In this document: piece by piece, positions 40,011-49,407 of the stretch
How the letters are laid out: each line of letters starts with the position of its first letter
Position numbering within the stretch: the first letter of the stretch is position 1
From: Gammaproteobacteria bacterium
GTDB taxonomy: Bacteria > Pseudomonadota > Gammaproteobacteria > JABABF01
DNA: 64,000 bases
NCBI GenBank assembly: GCA_965237805.1
Contig: OZ250153.1
Location: 256,001-320,000, forward strand
Direction: 5' to 3'
Notes under the pieces: model-generated
The model's database searches: none
What the model saw: only the letters and a program-made list of their open reading frames with translations
Told to the model about the DNA's origin: nothing
Translations under genes and position numbers: made by a program

Positions 40011-40130
40011 CGTGCAATCCAGAACGCAGCTGGCAGCGCACAAAACGGCTCATATTCTAGCAAATGGCCGCGCTGGTCGAGCGCTCACGGCAATTTGCCA
40101 GCTTGGGGAATCGATGATAATGACAGGACT

Positions 40131-41165
40131 ATGCAACACTCCGACCCCATCTTGTCCAACTGGTGGGAACTGCTGGCTCCGGAGATCGGATCGGATGACG
40201 GCCTGCGAAGCGACGAGAGCCCAGAGGATTGCGATCGGCTGGCGGAGGCTGGGACGCAACCGCTGTTGGCAGCGCTGCCCAGCCGCGGCGTGCTGTCCTT
40301 GGAGGGCGCGGATGCCACCCGCTTCCTACAGGGGCAATTCAGCTGTGATGTGAGCACCGTGGCGGTGGGCGAGAGCCTGCCCAGCGCCTGCTGTACGCCC
40401 AAGGGACGCGCAGTGGCCAATCCGAGGCTATGGCGCATCGACGAACAGCGCTGGTTGTTGGTTTTGCCACGCGAGGCCATCGCAGCGCTGAGCGAGTTCC
40501 TCAGCCGCTATCTCGTCTTCTCGCGCGCCGAGCTGCGCGATCTCAGCGATGAGCTGCTCGCCTGCGCCAGTTTCGGGGCAGTGGACTGCACCGGGCTGGA
40601 TGCGCTGGCCGATGTGCCAGACAACAGCTGGGGTGGCGCAGCGGAGCACGGCTGGTGGCGGCGCGTCGCCCCACAGTGGCGCGAGCTGTGGCTACCGGCG
40701 GAGCGGGCCGCCGAACAGTGGTCCCAGCTGGTGGCCAACGGGGCGCAGCCAGTGGGCGAGGCGGTGTGGCAGCTGAAGCTGATACGGCGCGGCGACGGCG
40801 AGCTGAGGCAGCGGACATCCGGTGTCTTCCTGCCACAGATGCTCAATCTGGATGCCCGCGGCGGTATCGATTACGACAAGGGGTGCTACACCGGGCAAGA
40901 GGTGGTCGCCAGAACGCATTTTCGCGGCCAGCTCAAGCGCCGCATGTATCGCGCCGAGCTCGAGGCCAGCGCACTGCCGACACCCGGCACAGCACTGCAC
41001 GATCCGAACGGCCTGAGCTGTGGCCAAGTACTGTGCGCCGCACCAGTAGCCACTGGCAAATGGGAGCTGTTGGCGGTGTTGCGCTGCGAGGCGCGAGCAA
41101 CGGCGCAACTGGACGGCGCAGCCTTGCGCCTATTGCCGCTACCCTACCCGCTCGACGAGGACTGA
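40131..41165 (+). CDS. ygfZ: Folate-binding Fe-S repair protein YgfZ
   Basis: GADATRFLQGQFSCDV, KGCYTGQEVVAR. Confidence 0.92.
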   Translation: MQHSDPILSNWWELLAPEIGSDDGLRSDESPEDCDRLAEAGTQPLLAALPSRGVLSLEGADATRFLQGQFSCDVSTVAVGESLPSACCTPKGRAVANPRLWRIDEQRWLLVLPREAIAALSEFLSRYLVFSRAELRDLSDELLACASFGAVDCTGLDALADVPDNSWGGAAEHGWWRRVAPQWRELWLPAERAAEQWSQLVANGAQPVGEAVWQLKLIRRGDGELRQRTSGVFLPQMLNLDARGGIDYDKGCYTGQEVVARTHFRGQLKRRMYRAELEASALPTPGTALHDPNGLSCGQVLCAAPVATGKWELLAVLRCEARATAQLDGAALRLLPLPYPLDED

Positions 41166-41851
41166 AGCGGCGGTAGCGCCCAATCGATGGCCGTGCCGCC
41201 TCGTTGGCACAGCCAATCATTGGCTCGTGAAAAATGCCCACAGCCCAGAAAACCGCGATCGGCCGAAAAAGGCGACGGGTGTGAAGTCTCCAGCACGAGG
41301 TGGCAATCGCGCTCGATCAGTTGCCCCCGCTCGTGGGCAGCGTTGCCCCACAGCATGAACACCAATCCCTCGCGTTCGCTGTCGAGCACTTGCATCACGC
41401 GGTCGCTGAAGCGCTCCCAACCGCGCTGGCGGTGGCTGCCGGGACTGCTGGCCTCCACCGTCAGCACACTGTTCAACAGCAGTACCCCCTGCTCTGCCCA
41501 ATAGCGCAAACAGCCGTGCGTGGGCAGCGGCGCACCGACATCGCGCTGCACCTCGCGCTGAATGTTGCGCAGCGACGGCGGCGTGGCAACACCGGGCAAC
41601 ACCGAAAAACACAGGCCGTGTGCCTGCCCCGCACCGTGGTATGGATCTTGCCCCAGCAACACCACCCGCACCGCCTCGAAGGGCGTCAGTTCAAAGGCCT
41701 CAAAGATATGCTGTCCGGGTGGATAGATACTGGTATGACGGCGGCGCGCACGCAGAAAATCGCCCAGCTCGCGCATATAAGGTTGCGCGAATTCCGCCTC
41801 CAGATGCCGTAGCCAAGACGCTGGCAGACGCGGGCGACGAGGCGTGCTCAA
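41144..41851 (-). CDS. ung: Uracil-DNA glycosylase
   Basis: GQDPYHG, PPSLRNI, QGVLLLN, HPSPFS. Start uncertain. Confidence 0.93.
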   Translation of the reverse strand: MSTPRRPRLPASWLRHLEAEFAQPYMRELGDFLRARRRHTSIYPPGQHIFEAFELTPFEAVRVVLLGQDPYHGAGQAHGLCFSVLPGVATPPSLRNIQREVQRDVGAPLPTHGCLRYWAEQGVLLLNSVLTVEASSPGSHRQRGWERFSDRVMQVLDSEREGLVFMLWGNAAHERGQLIERDCHLVLETSHPSPFSADRGFLGCGHFSRANDWLCQRGGTAIDWALPPLQSSSSG

Positions 41852-42303
41852 CCCAACGGCACAGCTGCGCCTACACCCAGCTCCCAAGTGTGTTCCCAGT
41901 CCACCTGCAGCTCCCTACGGGCAAAGCGCCAGACGCCATTCTCACGGCGCATCTGATCTTGATAGCGGATGCACATATCGTAGCGCTGCCGGCCACCGTC
42001 GCGCGAGCTGAAGTGCAGGGCGATACAGTAAGTCTCGCCGCTGGCGGTGTCGCCCTGCAGCTCGATCAACTGGTTGTGAACGGCGTGGAAAGTCGCGTCG
42101 AAGAAATCATCGATTTGACCGATGACTTTGACGATGGCTGCGCGCCCGTTGTGAGTCTCTTGCCGATAGGGCAGCGACAGCTCGGCATCTTCACAGAACA
42201 CATCCCCCAAGCGCTCGAGATCAACTTTGTCGACAGCCGAGGCATAGCGGCAGGCCAAATCGCGCAAGGCGATGCGATCGCTCAGCTCACTGGTATCCAT
42301 CAC
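41848..42303 (-). CDS. NTF2/SnoaL-like protein
   Basis: DRIALRDLACRYASAVD...FHAVHNQLIEL.GDTASGETY...RYQD..RRENGVWRFARR. Confidence 0.8.
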   Translation of the reverse strand: MMDTSELSDRIALRDLACRYASAVDKVDLERLGDVFCEDAELSLPYRQETHNGRAAIVKVIGQIDDFFDATFHAVHNQLIELQGDTASGETYCIALHFSSRDGGRQRYDMCIRYQDQMRRENGVWRFARRELQVDWEHTWELGVGAAVPLG

Positions 42304-42391
42304 TCTAAAACTCCATTGTTAGGCGCGGTGAAGCGAGCTTGTCATCTGCTCGGTTTGACAGCAGTAGCATTGCTCGCAATCGCCGCAACCA

Positions 42392-44827
42392 TCAAGCTCG
42401 GTGCCGGGTCACCGCCTGAACCGAGCCACCACTGGAGGCCAGCAGGGGAGCGGCGGCGCGGGCTTGGGTCACGCGTTCGACGGGGGCGTCGGCGTACAGA
42501 GTGGTGCGCACATGCGGGCGGCGTCCCAGCGCACGGATCCAGCGGTCCATCTCGTCCGGCGGGAGCTCTTGGCCATGATCCGCACCGGCGGCGCGGGTGA
42601 TGCTCTCATTCATCAAAGTGCCGCCGAGATCATTGGCACCAGCCTCCAAGCAGGCGGCAGTGCCCTCCTCGCCCAACTTCACCCATGAGGTCTGGATATT
42701 GGACACCAAGGGGTGCAACACCAAACGGGACACCGCATGCGCCAACAGCACTTCGCGGAAAGTCGGGCCGGGACGGGCAGCACCATGGCGATAAATCGGC
42801 GCCTCGCGGGCGACAAAGGGCAAGGGCACGAACTCGCTGAGCCCACCAGTGCGCTGCTGCAGCTGGCGCAGGCGCAACAGGTGACGCGCCCAGTGCTGCG
42901 GGCGATCGATGTGGCCGAACATCATCGTCGCCGTGCTGCGCAAGCCGATCGCGTGCGCCGCACGCATCACTTGTAGCCACTGTTCGGTGCGGATCTTATC
43001 GGGGCAGAGCCGCTCGCGCACCTCGTCGTCGAGAATCTCGGCCGCCGTTCCGGGCAGGGAATCCAAGCCAGCCTCGCGCAGCGCGACGAGGAACTCGCCC
43101 AGCGGCAATCCCAGCGTCTGCGCGCCCTGCCAAATTTCCAGCGGCGAAAAGGCATGCAGGTGGATTTGCGGTACCGTGCGCTTGACGACGCGGCAGATGT
43201 CCAAATACGTCTGACCCGTGTAATCGGGGTGTATTCCCCCCTGTAGACACAGCTCGGTGGCACCCCGCTGCCATGCCTCAGCGGCGCGTCTAGCGATCTC
43301 ATCCAAGCCGAGATTGTAGGGCTCACCGCGCAGCGACGATGCCGTCCGGCCACGCGAGAAAGCACAGAACTTGCAACCAAAATAACAGATGTTGGTGTAG
43401 TTGATATTGCGGTTCACCACATAGCTGACGGTATCGCCGCAAACCTCCGCGCGGAGCGCATCGGCGGCTTGGCACAGATAACTGAAATCCGCACCGCGGG
43501 CGGCGAATAGCCGGCACACGGCGGCCTCGGGCAGATCGCGGCCACTTTGGGCGGCCGACACCACAGCGCGCAAAGTCGCATCGACCTGTTGCGGCCACAG
43601 GCTGAGTCGAATACTGCCGCGCACCGCCAACGGCACCGGCAATCGCTCGCCAGCACGCCATTGTTCCCCGCGCACCAAGCCGTCGGCATCCAGTGCTCGC
43701 AACACCGGCGCGCGCAGCTGCTGGTCGAGCCAGCGCTCTGGTTCCAGCGCGTAGTGCGGGTAAATCGTCAGCCGCTCGCACAGCAATTTACCGCTCAGCG
43801 CCGTCTCGCGCTCCAGCTGCTGCAGCTGCGGCCACGGTGCCTCCGGATTGACATAGTCCGGAGTGACCGGCGAGATGCCGCCCCAATCACTGACACCGGC
43901 CGCCACCAAGGGAGCCAAAGCACCGGGGCTCAGGTTGGGCGGCACTTGGATCGCGGTTTCTGGGCCGAACAACAGGCGCGCCAGCGCCACCGTCCACAGC
44001 AACTCCTCCAGTTCCGGCTCCGGAGCCTGCGCCATCAGCGTGTTGGGCTTGGCGCGAAAATTCTGGATGATGAGCTCCTGCAGATGGCCGTGGCGCAGCT
44101 GCAGACGGCGCAGGGCGAGTAGTGATTCGAAGCGCTCGGCGCGGGTCTCACCGATGCCGATCAGAATGCCGGAGGTGAAGGGAATCTGTTGCGCTCCGGC
44201 GCGCTCGATGGTCGCCAAGCGCAGAGCGGGAGATTTGTCCGGCGAACCGTAGTGCGGCATGCCCTTGCCACACAAGCGCTCGGCGACCGATTCCAACATC
44301 AGCCCCATGGATGGGGCGACGCAGCGCAGCGCGCTCAGCTCCTCGGCAGTCAAATTGCCAGCGTTGATATGTGGCAATAGGCCAGTCTCTCGCCACACCG
44401 CCTCGGCGGCATGGCACACATAGTCGATCGTGCTGGCAAAGCCCATCTCCGCCAGCGCTTCCCGCGCCTCGCTGTAGCGCAGCTCGGGTTTCTCACCCAA
44501 GGTGAACAGCGCCTCGCGACAACCGGCCTCGGCACCGCGCCTCGCTTCGCTGAGCACTTCCTCCAGCGCCATGTACGGCGCTGGCACGGCACGCGGCGTC
44601 ACTGCGAATGTGCAGTAATGGCAGACATCGCGGCACAGCCGCGTCAACGGCAGGAAGAGCTTGCGCGAATAGCTGATGCGGCGACCGAAGTAAGTATCGC
44701 GCAGCTGGGCGGCTGCCGGTGCCAAATCCGCCGACGACTCGATGGCGGCGAGACGGCGGCTCAGCGGCTCGTCTGGCACGCTGCCAGACGCGGCTACCCG
44801 TAGCGCTTTGGCGACGGGATCAATCAT
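42392..44827 (-). CDS. fbiC: Bifunctional FO synthase (CofG-CofH fusion)
   Basis: Two radical-SAM motifs, CRDVCHYC and ICYFGCKFC; NDLGGTLMNESITRAAGA. Confidence 0.93.
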   Translation of the reverse strand: MIDPVAKALRVAASGSVPDEPLSRRLAAIESSADLAPAAAQLRDTYFGRRISYSRKLFLPLTRLCRDVCHYCTFAVTPRAVPAPYMALEEVLSEARRGAEAGCREALFTLGEKPELRYSEAREALAEMGFASTIDYVCHAAEAVWRETGLLPHINAGNLTAEELSALRCVAPSMGLMLESVAERLCGKGMPHYGSPDKSPALRLATIERAGAQQIPFTSGILIGIGETRAERFESLLALRRLQLRHGHLQELIIQNFRAKPNTLMAQAPEPELEELLWTVALARLLFGPETAIQVPPNLSPGALAPLVAAGVSDWGGISPVTPDYVNPEAPWPQLQQLERETALSGKLLCERLTIYPHYALEPERWLDQQLRAPVLRALDADGLVRGEQWRAGERLPVPLAVRGSIRLSLWPQQVDATLRAVVSAAQSGRDLPEAAVCRLFAARGADFSYLCQAADALRAEVCGDTVSYVVNRNINYTNICYFGCKFCAFSRGRTASSLRGEPYNLGLDEIARRAAEAWQRGATELCLQGGIHPDYTGQTYLDICRVVKRTVPQIHLHAFSPLEIWQGAQTLGLPLGEFLVALREAGLDSLPGTAAEILDDEVRERLCPDKIRTEQWLQVMRAAHAIGLRSTATMMFGHIDRPQHWARHLLRLRQLQQRTGGLSEFVPLPFVAREAPIYRHGAARPGPTFREVLLAHAVSRLVLHPLVSNIQTSWVKLGEEGTAACLEAGANDLGGTLMNESITRAAGADHGQELPPDEMDRWIRALGRRPHVRTTLYADAPVERVTQARAAAPLLASSGGSVQAVTRHRA

Positions 44828-45494
44828 GGCGGCGGACGAGGCGGGCGGCGAGCTCGGCCGCGCGCATGAAGCGCATACTATGGGCGGCAGTGCCGGTGCG
44901 GCGCAACAACACCCGCAGATCTGCGGGGGTGTCGATATCCAAGCTCAAGCTGGGTATGCGCAACCAAAGTGCCTCGACCGTGCCAGTGGTAGCGGCCATT
45001 ATATGACGGTGGGCACTGTCCGGCCCAAAGGCCGCGGCCAGCGCCGATGGCGGGCTACACCACAGGGCATTGGTGCCGCGTGCGTGTCGGTCTGGGGCAA
45101 TCGCCACCGAAGGCCGGGGCAAGGCAGCGCAGCGGGCCAGTAGACGACTGCACTCCGCCGCAGCCAAACAGGGCAGATCGCCGGGCAACAACAACATGGC
45201 ATGTGCGCCGCGCTGCTCCAACCAAGCCGCCGCCGCCGCCACGGCTCGGTTGAGCCCGCCGCCCGGATCGTCGAGCAGCTGTGCACCCCGCCGCTCGGCC
45301 AATGCCCGCAGCGCGGTATCCGAGCAGACCACCAGCAAGGGTAGGCACAACGGCGCTAGCGCAGCGAGCATATCCTCGAACATCGCCACCACCAAGTCGC
45401 TGCGTTCGGCTGGTGAGAGCAGCGCTGCCAAGCGCCTTTTGGCCTGTGGCCTGCGCTTGAGCGGCACCACGATCCAAGGGCGCACATCAGACAC
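44820..45494 (-). CDS. cofC: Phospholactate/PEP guanylyltransferase
   Basis: VVPLK..QAKRRL..LSPAER, GLNRAV, PGDLP, GTNAL, FGPDS..RH, LDIDTPADL. Confidence 0.88.
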   Translation of the reverse strand: MSDVRPWIVVPLKRRPQAKRRLAALLSPAERSDLVVAMFEDMLAALAPLCLPLLVVCSDTALRALAERRGAQLLDDPGGGLNRAVAAAAAWLEQRGAHAMLLLPGDLPCLAAAECSRLLARCAALPRPSVAIAPDRHARGTNALWCSPPSALAAAFGPDSAHRHIMAATTGTVEALWLRIPSLSLDIDTPADLRVLLRRTGTAAHSMRFMRAAELAARLVRRHD

Positions 45495-46455
45495 GAGCGC
45501 GAGCCAAGTCGGCGGCGAAATCGAGCACGGCGCTGGCCAGCTGACGGCGGATGGCCGGATTGTGCATCCGTATCTCAGTGCGCAGTAGCCGCAATGCACC
45601 GTCGGTGGCCAAGGCATCGGCATCGGCGACATCACCCTGATCGAGTACAAAGCCATCGATCAGCCCGCCATAGTGGCGCGCCACCGCCGCCGCCCCAGCG
45701 CCCAAACCCAGCTGCGCCATCAGCTCCGCCGCTGGTCCCTTAACCGCACGACCGGCGATGATCGGACTGATCGCTAGCACCGGGACGGGGCTGTTCCGCA
45801 GCGCTTCGCGCACTCCGGGCAAGGCCAGAATCGGGTCGATACTGAGCAGCGGATTGGACGGGCACAACAGCACCGCAGACAGCTCGCCATCCCGTAGCGG
45901 AGCGAACCAAGCGGGGTGTGGGGTGGCGGCCTCGGCACCGCTGTAGTCCAGTGCCGAGACCGTCGGGGCGCAGGACTCGCGCACAAAATACTGCTGGAAA
46001 GACAGCCTGTCACCAGCTTTGGTGTGCACTTCCGTGCGCACGTCATCGTCGCTCATCGGCAGGATCTTGGAGGCGATGCCCAGCTGCTGACACAGCTGCG
46101 CGGTGACGGCGGATAGCGGCTCGCCAGCTGAGAGCGCCGCGCCGCGCAACACATGGGTGGCCAAATCCTGATCGCCCAGCTCGAACCAATCCTCGCCACC
46201 CAAGCGTCGCAGCGCCGACATGAAGCGACCGCTGTCGTCACCGTCCAGCCCCCAGCCGCGCTGCGGCGACTCCAAACCGGCCAAGCTGTACATCACCGTA
46301 TCGAGATCGGGACAGATCGGCAGCCCCAAGTGCTCAAAGTCATCTGCCGTATTGACTGCGATGAGCAATTTCCCCGGGGGCAAGACGGCGTCGAGACCAG
46401 CGCAGAGGCGGGCACCGCCGACACCGCCGGAGAGCGCCAATACCGGTCCCTTCAC
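45487..46455 (-). CDS. cofD: 2-phospho-L-lactate transferase
   Basis: LSGGVGGARL, NTADDFEHLGLPICPDLDTVMY, WFELGDQDLATH, CPSNPLLSIDPIL. Confidence 0.92.
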   Translation of the reverse strand: MKGPVLALSGGVGGARLCAGLDAVLPPGKLLIAVNTADDFEHLGLPICPDLDTVMYSLAGLESPQRGWGLDGDDSGRFMSALRRLGGEDWFELGDQDLATHVLRGAALSAGEPLSAVTAQLCQQLGIASKILPMSDDDVRTEVHTKAGDRLSFQQYFVRESCAPTVSALDYSGAEAATPHPAWFAPLRDGELSAVLLCPSNPLLSIDPILALPGVREALRNSPVPVLAISPIIAGRAVKGPAAELMAQLGLGAGAAAVARHYGGLIDGFVLDQGDVADADALATDGALRLLRTEIRMHNPAIRRQLASAVLDFAADLARARV

Positions 46456-47255
46456 CGGAACAAATCCTCGGCGGCAGGGCGCTGTAACACCGTGGCAGCA
46501 GCCTCGCCCGGGGGCATGCTCAAACCGCTGAGCAACACCGCTGGCAAGCCCTCCCCCGCCTCGCCCATCAGCAGCCCGGCCGCAGCGGCGACTTGGTCGG
46601 CCAAGGCGACCTCGGTGACAGCCAGAGCGCGGCCCGCCAAATCGCGTTCGCCGACGCGATCCCACAGCGCGACAAGGCCGGAGCAGCCGATGGCTATCGA
46701 CACGACGCCGTGGCGAAACGCGCGCCCGGTGCTGTCGCTGATGACCACGGCAGGAGCCGCGCCACAGGCGGCGGCCAAACGCTCGCGCAACGCGGCGGCA
46801 CTGGCATCGGGATCCACCGGCAGCAGCAGCGCCGCCGGCTCGTCGCCCGGCTCGAGGTTGGACTGATCGATGCCAGCATTGGCGTGCACCAAACCCAAGC
46901 GGTGCTCGACAATCAAGCGGCCGGGTGCAACCCGCAACACGGCGCGGGACTCGCGCAACACCAATTCCACTAGCCGCGCATCCTTGCCGCTCTGAGCGGC
47001 CAACTGCAATGCCCGCGGTGACGGTGATACCGAGGCCAGCGGCACCAAGCGCCCCTCGGCCTTGGAGACCACCTTCTGCGCCACCACCAACACATCATCG
47101 GCAGCTGGCGACAGCCGTGCACGCCGCAGCGCCGCGATCAACAAGGCGGCGAGATCATCGCCAGCGCGCACCCATGGCAGGGCTGGCAATGCCCGCAGGC
47201 GCAGTGAAGCTGCGGCTTTGGATCGCGCCGCTGGCGGGCGGGTGGCCTGCGACAT
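46452..47255 (-). CDS. cofE: F420-0:gamma-glutamyl ligase (single domain)
   Basis: GDDLAALL, VVAQKVVSKAEGR, ANAGIDQSN, LLPVDPDASA, ISDSTGRAFR. Confidence 0.92.
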   Translation of the reverse strand: MSQATRPPAARSKAAASLRLRALPALPWVRAGDDLAALLIAALRRARLSPAADDVLVVAQKVVSKAEGRLVPLASVSPSPRALQLAAQSGKDARLVELVLRESRAVLRVAPGRLIVEHRLGLVHANAGIDQSNLEPGDEPAALLLPVDPDASAAALRERLAAACGAAPAVVISDSTGRAFRHGVVSIAIGCSGLVALWDRVGERDLAGRALAVTEVALADQVAAAAGLLMGEAGEGLPAVLLSGLSMPPGEAAATVLQRPAAEDLFR

Positions 47256-47272
47256 GGCGCGGTGCTGGGAAC

Positions 47273-47971
47273 TCAGTCGGTCGGTGACAAGCCGGTGATG
47301 CGCAAGCCGGCATGGCAACGGTGGCGACGGTTGAGCTGGAGCAGCACCGAAGTCAGCGCCTCTGCCGCCGCCGCATTGGCCAGCGGCCCGGCATGCAGGC
47401 CGCGCAAGCCAGCATCGCGCGCCAATGCGATCACCTCTTCGCGCGCCGACGGATCGTCGCCACTGACCAAGACATCGCAGTCCAGCACGGCCTCAGCACC
47501 CTGCAGATGGTGCGCCGCCACATTCTGAAAAGCGGACACCACCCGCACCTCCTCGCCGAGGATGCGCTGGGCGATCAGCGCCGCCGCGCCCTCCTCAGGC
47601 AGCTGCACCCGCCCGACCTCGGGCGGTCGTAGCGGCACGCTGGCATCGATCAAAATCTTGCCCTGCAAGGCTTTGCCCAACGGACTGAGCACCGCCTCTT
47701 GATGGGCGAAAGGCACCGTCAACAGGGCGATATCGGCGGCGGTGGCGGCGGCCTCATTGGCCATGCCTGCAAGCATCAGCGGGGCCGAACTGCGCTCGGC
47801 CAGCAACTCGCGCAGCTCGTCGGCGGCCTCGGCGGCGCGCTCGGCTCTGCGCGAGCCGATCAACACTCGGTGGCCAGCCAGTGCCCAACGACCAGCGAAG
47901 CCAGGCCCCAAGTCGCCAGTGCCACCCAAGACAGCGATGATGCGTTTTGCCACGATATTTCTGCTCTCCAA
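47273..47971 (-). CDS. npdG: NADPH-dependent F420 reductase
   Basis: IAVLGGTGDLG..A.RWALAGH.VLIGSR, VVSAFQNVAA, AEALTSVL; lies in the cof operon. Confidence 0.88.
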   Translation of the reverse strand: MESRNIVAKRIIAVLGGTGDLGPGFAGRWALAGHRVLIGSRRAERAAEAADELRELLAERSSAPLMLAGMANEAAATAADIALLTVPFAHQEAVLSPLGKALQGKILIDASVPLRPPEVGRVQLPEEGAAALIAQRILGEEVRVVSAFQNVAAHHLQGAEAVLDCDVLVSGDDPSAREEVIALARDAGLRGLHAGPLANAAAAEALTSVLLQLNRRHRCHAGLRITGLSPTD

Positions 47972-48024
47972 GCCGCTGGTGGCGGCGTAATAGCTCAGTT
48001 TAGCGCAGTGGCCACCCGGAACCG

Positions 48025-49116
48025 CTAGAGCAGAGACAACTGCCCGCCGCGCGGTGGCGGCCTGAACAGATCGCAGCGCAGGGACGGCAGTGGGCGATCC
48101 AAGCCGAGTTGGTGACAGGCGCGCTCAAAGCGCCGTGTCAGCAGATCGGCCAGCGGACCACTGCCGCGCATGCGCTGGCCGTACTCGGCGTTGTAGAGCT
48201 GCCCGCCGTGCAGCTGACGCAACAGCGACAACACACGCTTGGCGCGACCGGGATAGTGCTCGCGCAGCCAAGCCGGAAACAACTCGCGCAGCTCGTGCGG
48301 CAAGCGCAGCAAGATAAAGCCGGCACCGATGGCACCGGCGGTCGCGGCGCGCTCGAGAATATTCTCCAACTCGGCATCGCTGAGCCCGGGAATCACTGGC
48401 GCGACCAAGACCGACACCGGCACTCCGGCGGCAGCCAGCTCGGCCATCGCCGCGAGACGACGAGCAGCGGTGGCGGCGCGTGGCTCCATACGACGCTCCA
48501 GCTCGGCATCCAGCGTGGCAATGGAAAACGCCACCTCCACCAACCCCTCGCGGGCCATCTCTGCCAACAACTCGCGATCTCGCAGGATCAATGTCGAGCG
48601 CGTGATGAGGCTGACAGGGTGACGACATTCCCACAACACTTCGAGCAGCTCGCGCGAGCTGCGCAGGCGGCGCTCGACTGGCTGCCAAGCATCGGCGTTG
48701 ATGCCAAAAACAATCGGTCGCGGGCGGTAGCTGGGACGAGCCAACTCCTCGCGCAGACGCGCCGGGGCATCGCGCTTGGCAAATAGACGGGTCTCGAAGT
48801 CCAAGCCCGGCGAGAGCCCCAGAAAGGCGTGACTGGGGCGGGCGAAGCAATAGACGCAGCCGTGCTCGCAACCGCGGTAGGGGTTGATGGAGCGGTCGTG
48901 CGGCGTATCCGGCGAGTCGTTGTAGCTGATCACGCTGCGGGCACTGTCCCATTCGACCGTGGTCTCGGGACGCTCGTCGCGCACGGCGGCGATGGTGCCC
49001 CAGCCATCGTCAAGCTCGATGGCTGCCCGCTCGACATCGCGCCGCTCAAAGCGACCGGAGGGATTGGCCACAGCGCCGCGGCCGGGGTGGCACTTAGTGG
49101 GAGCTGTGGGTGCCAC
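48025..49116 (-). CDS. Radical SAM protein, PA0069/Rv2578c family
   Basis: GRGAVANPSGRFE, SINPYRGCEHGCVYCFARPSH. Start uncertain. Confidence 0.88.
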   Translation of the reverse strand: MAPTAPTKCHPGRGAVANPSGRFERRDVERAAIELDDGWGTIAAVRDERPETTVEWDSARSVISYNDSPDTPHDRSINPYRGCEHGCVYCFARPSHAFLGLSPGLDFETRLFAKRDAPARLREELARPSYRPRPIVFGINADAWQPVERRLRSSRELLEVLWECRHPVSLITRSTLILRDRELLAEMAREGLVEVAFSIATLDAELERRMEPRAATAARRLAAMAELAAAGVPVSVLVAPVIPGLSDAELENILERAATAGAIGAGFILLRLPHELRELFPAWLREHYPGRAKRVLSLLRQLHGGQLYNAEYGQRMRGSGPLADLLTRRFERACHQLGLDRPLPSLRCDLFRPPPRGGQLSLL

Positions 49117-49127
49117 TCTCACAGACT

Positions 49128-49405
49128 CTATGCAACAGCTACCACAAGATTCAAAAGATCGCGAAATAGATGGATCTCTCCAAAATAGTTTGGGCAAGCT
49201 GATTGCAACTCCTTCACATCTTTGCCAGCGACCAATACGATGTTCACTGCCTGATCATTGCTGGATTTTGCTTGCCGTGCCCGGCACCCCTCAACCGCCA
49301 AGCCTTTTTTGGACAACGGGGCAACCGAAACTTGATGATTTGGCATCTCAGCAGTTAGCAAATAATATTTGCCCCGTGCCAATGTGTGTTGTGTTGTCCA
49401 CAATC
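49128..49405 (-). pseudogene. Gene remnant resembling the C-terminus of RelA/SpoT-domain (small alarmone synthetase-like) proteins
   Basis: AT-richer intergenic segment encoding KYYLLTAE...VSVAPLSK...NIVLVAGKDVKELQSACPNYFGEIHLFRDLL. Family call is from motif memory only. Confidence 0.4.
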
Positions 49406-49407
49406 GA

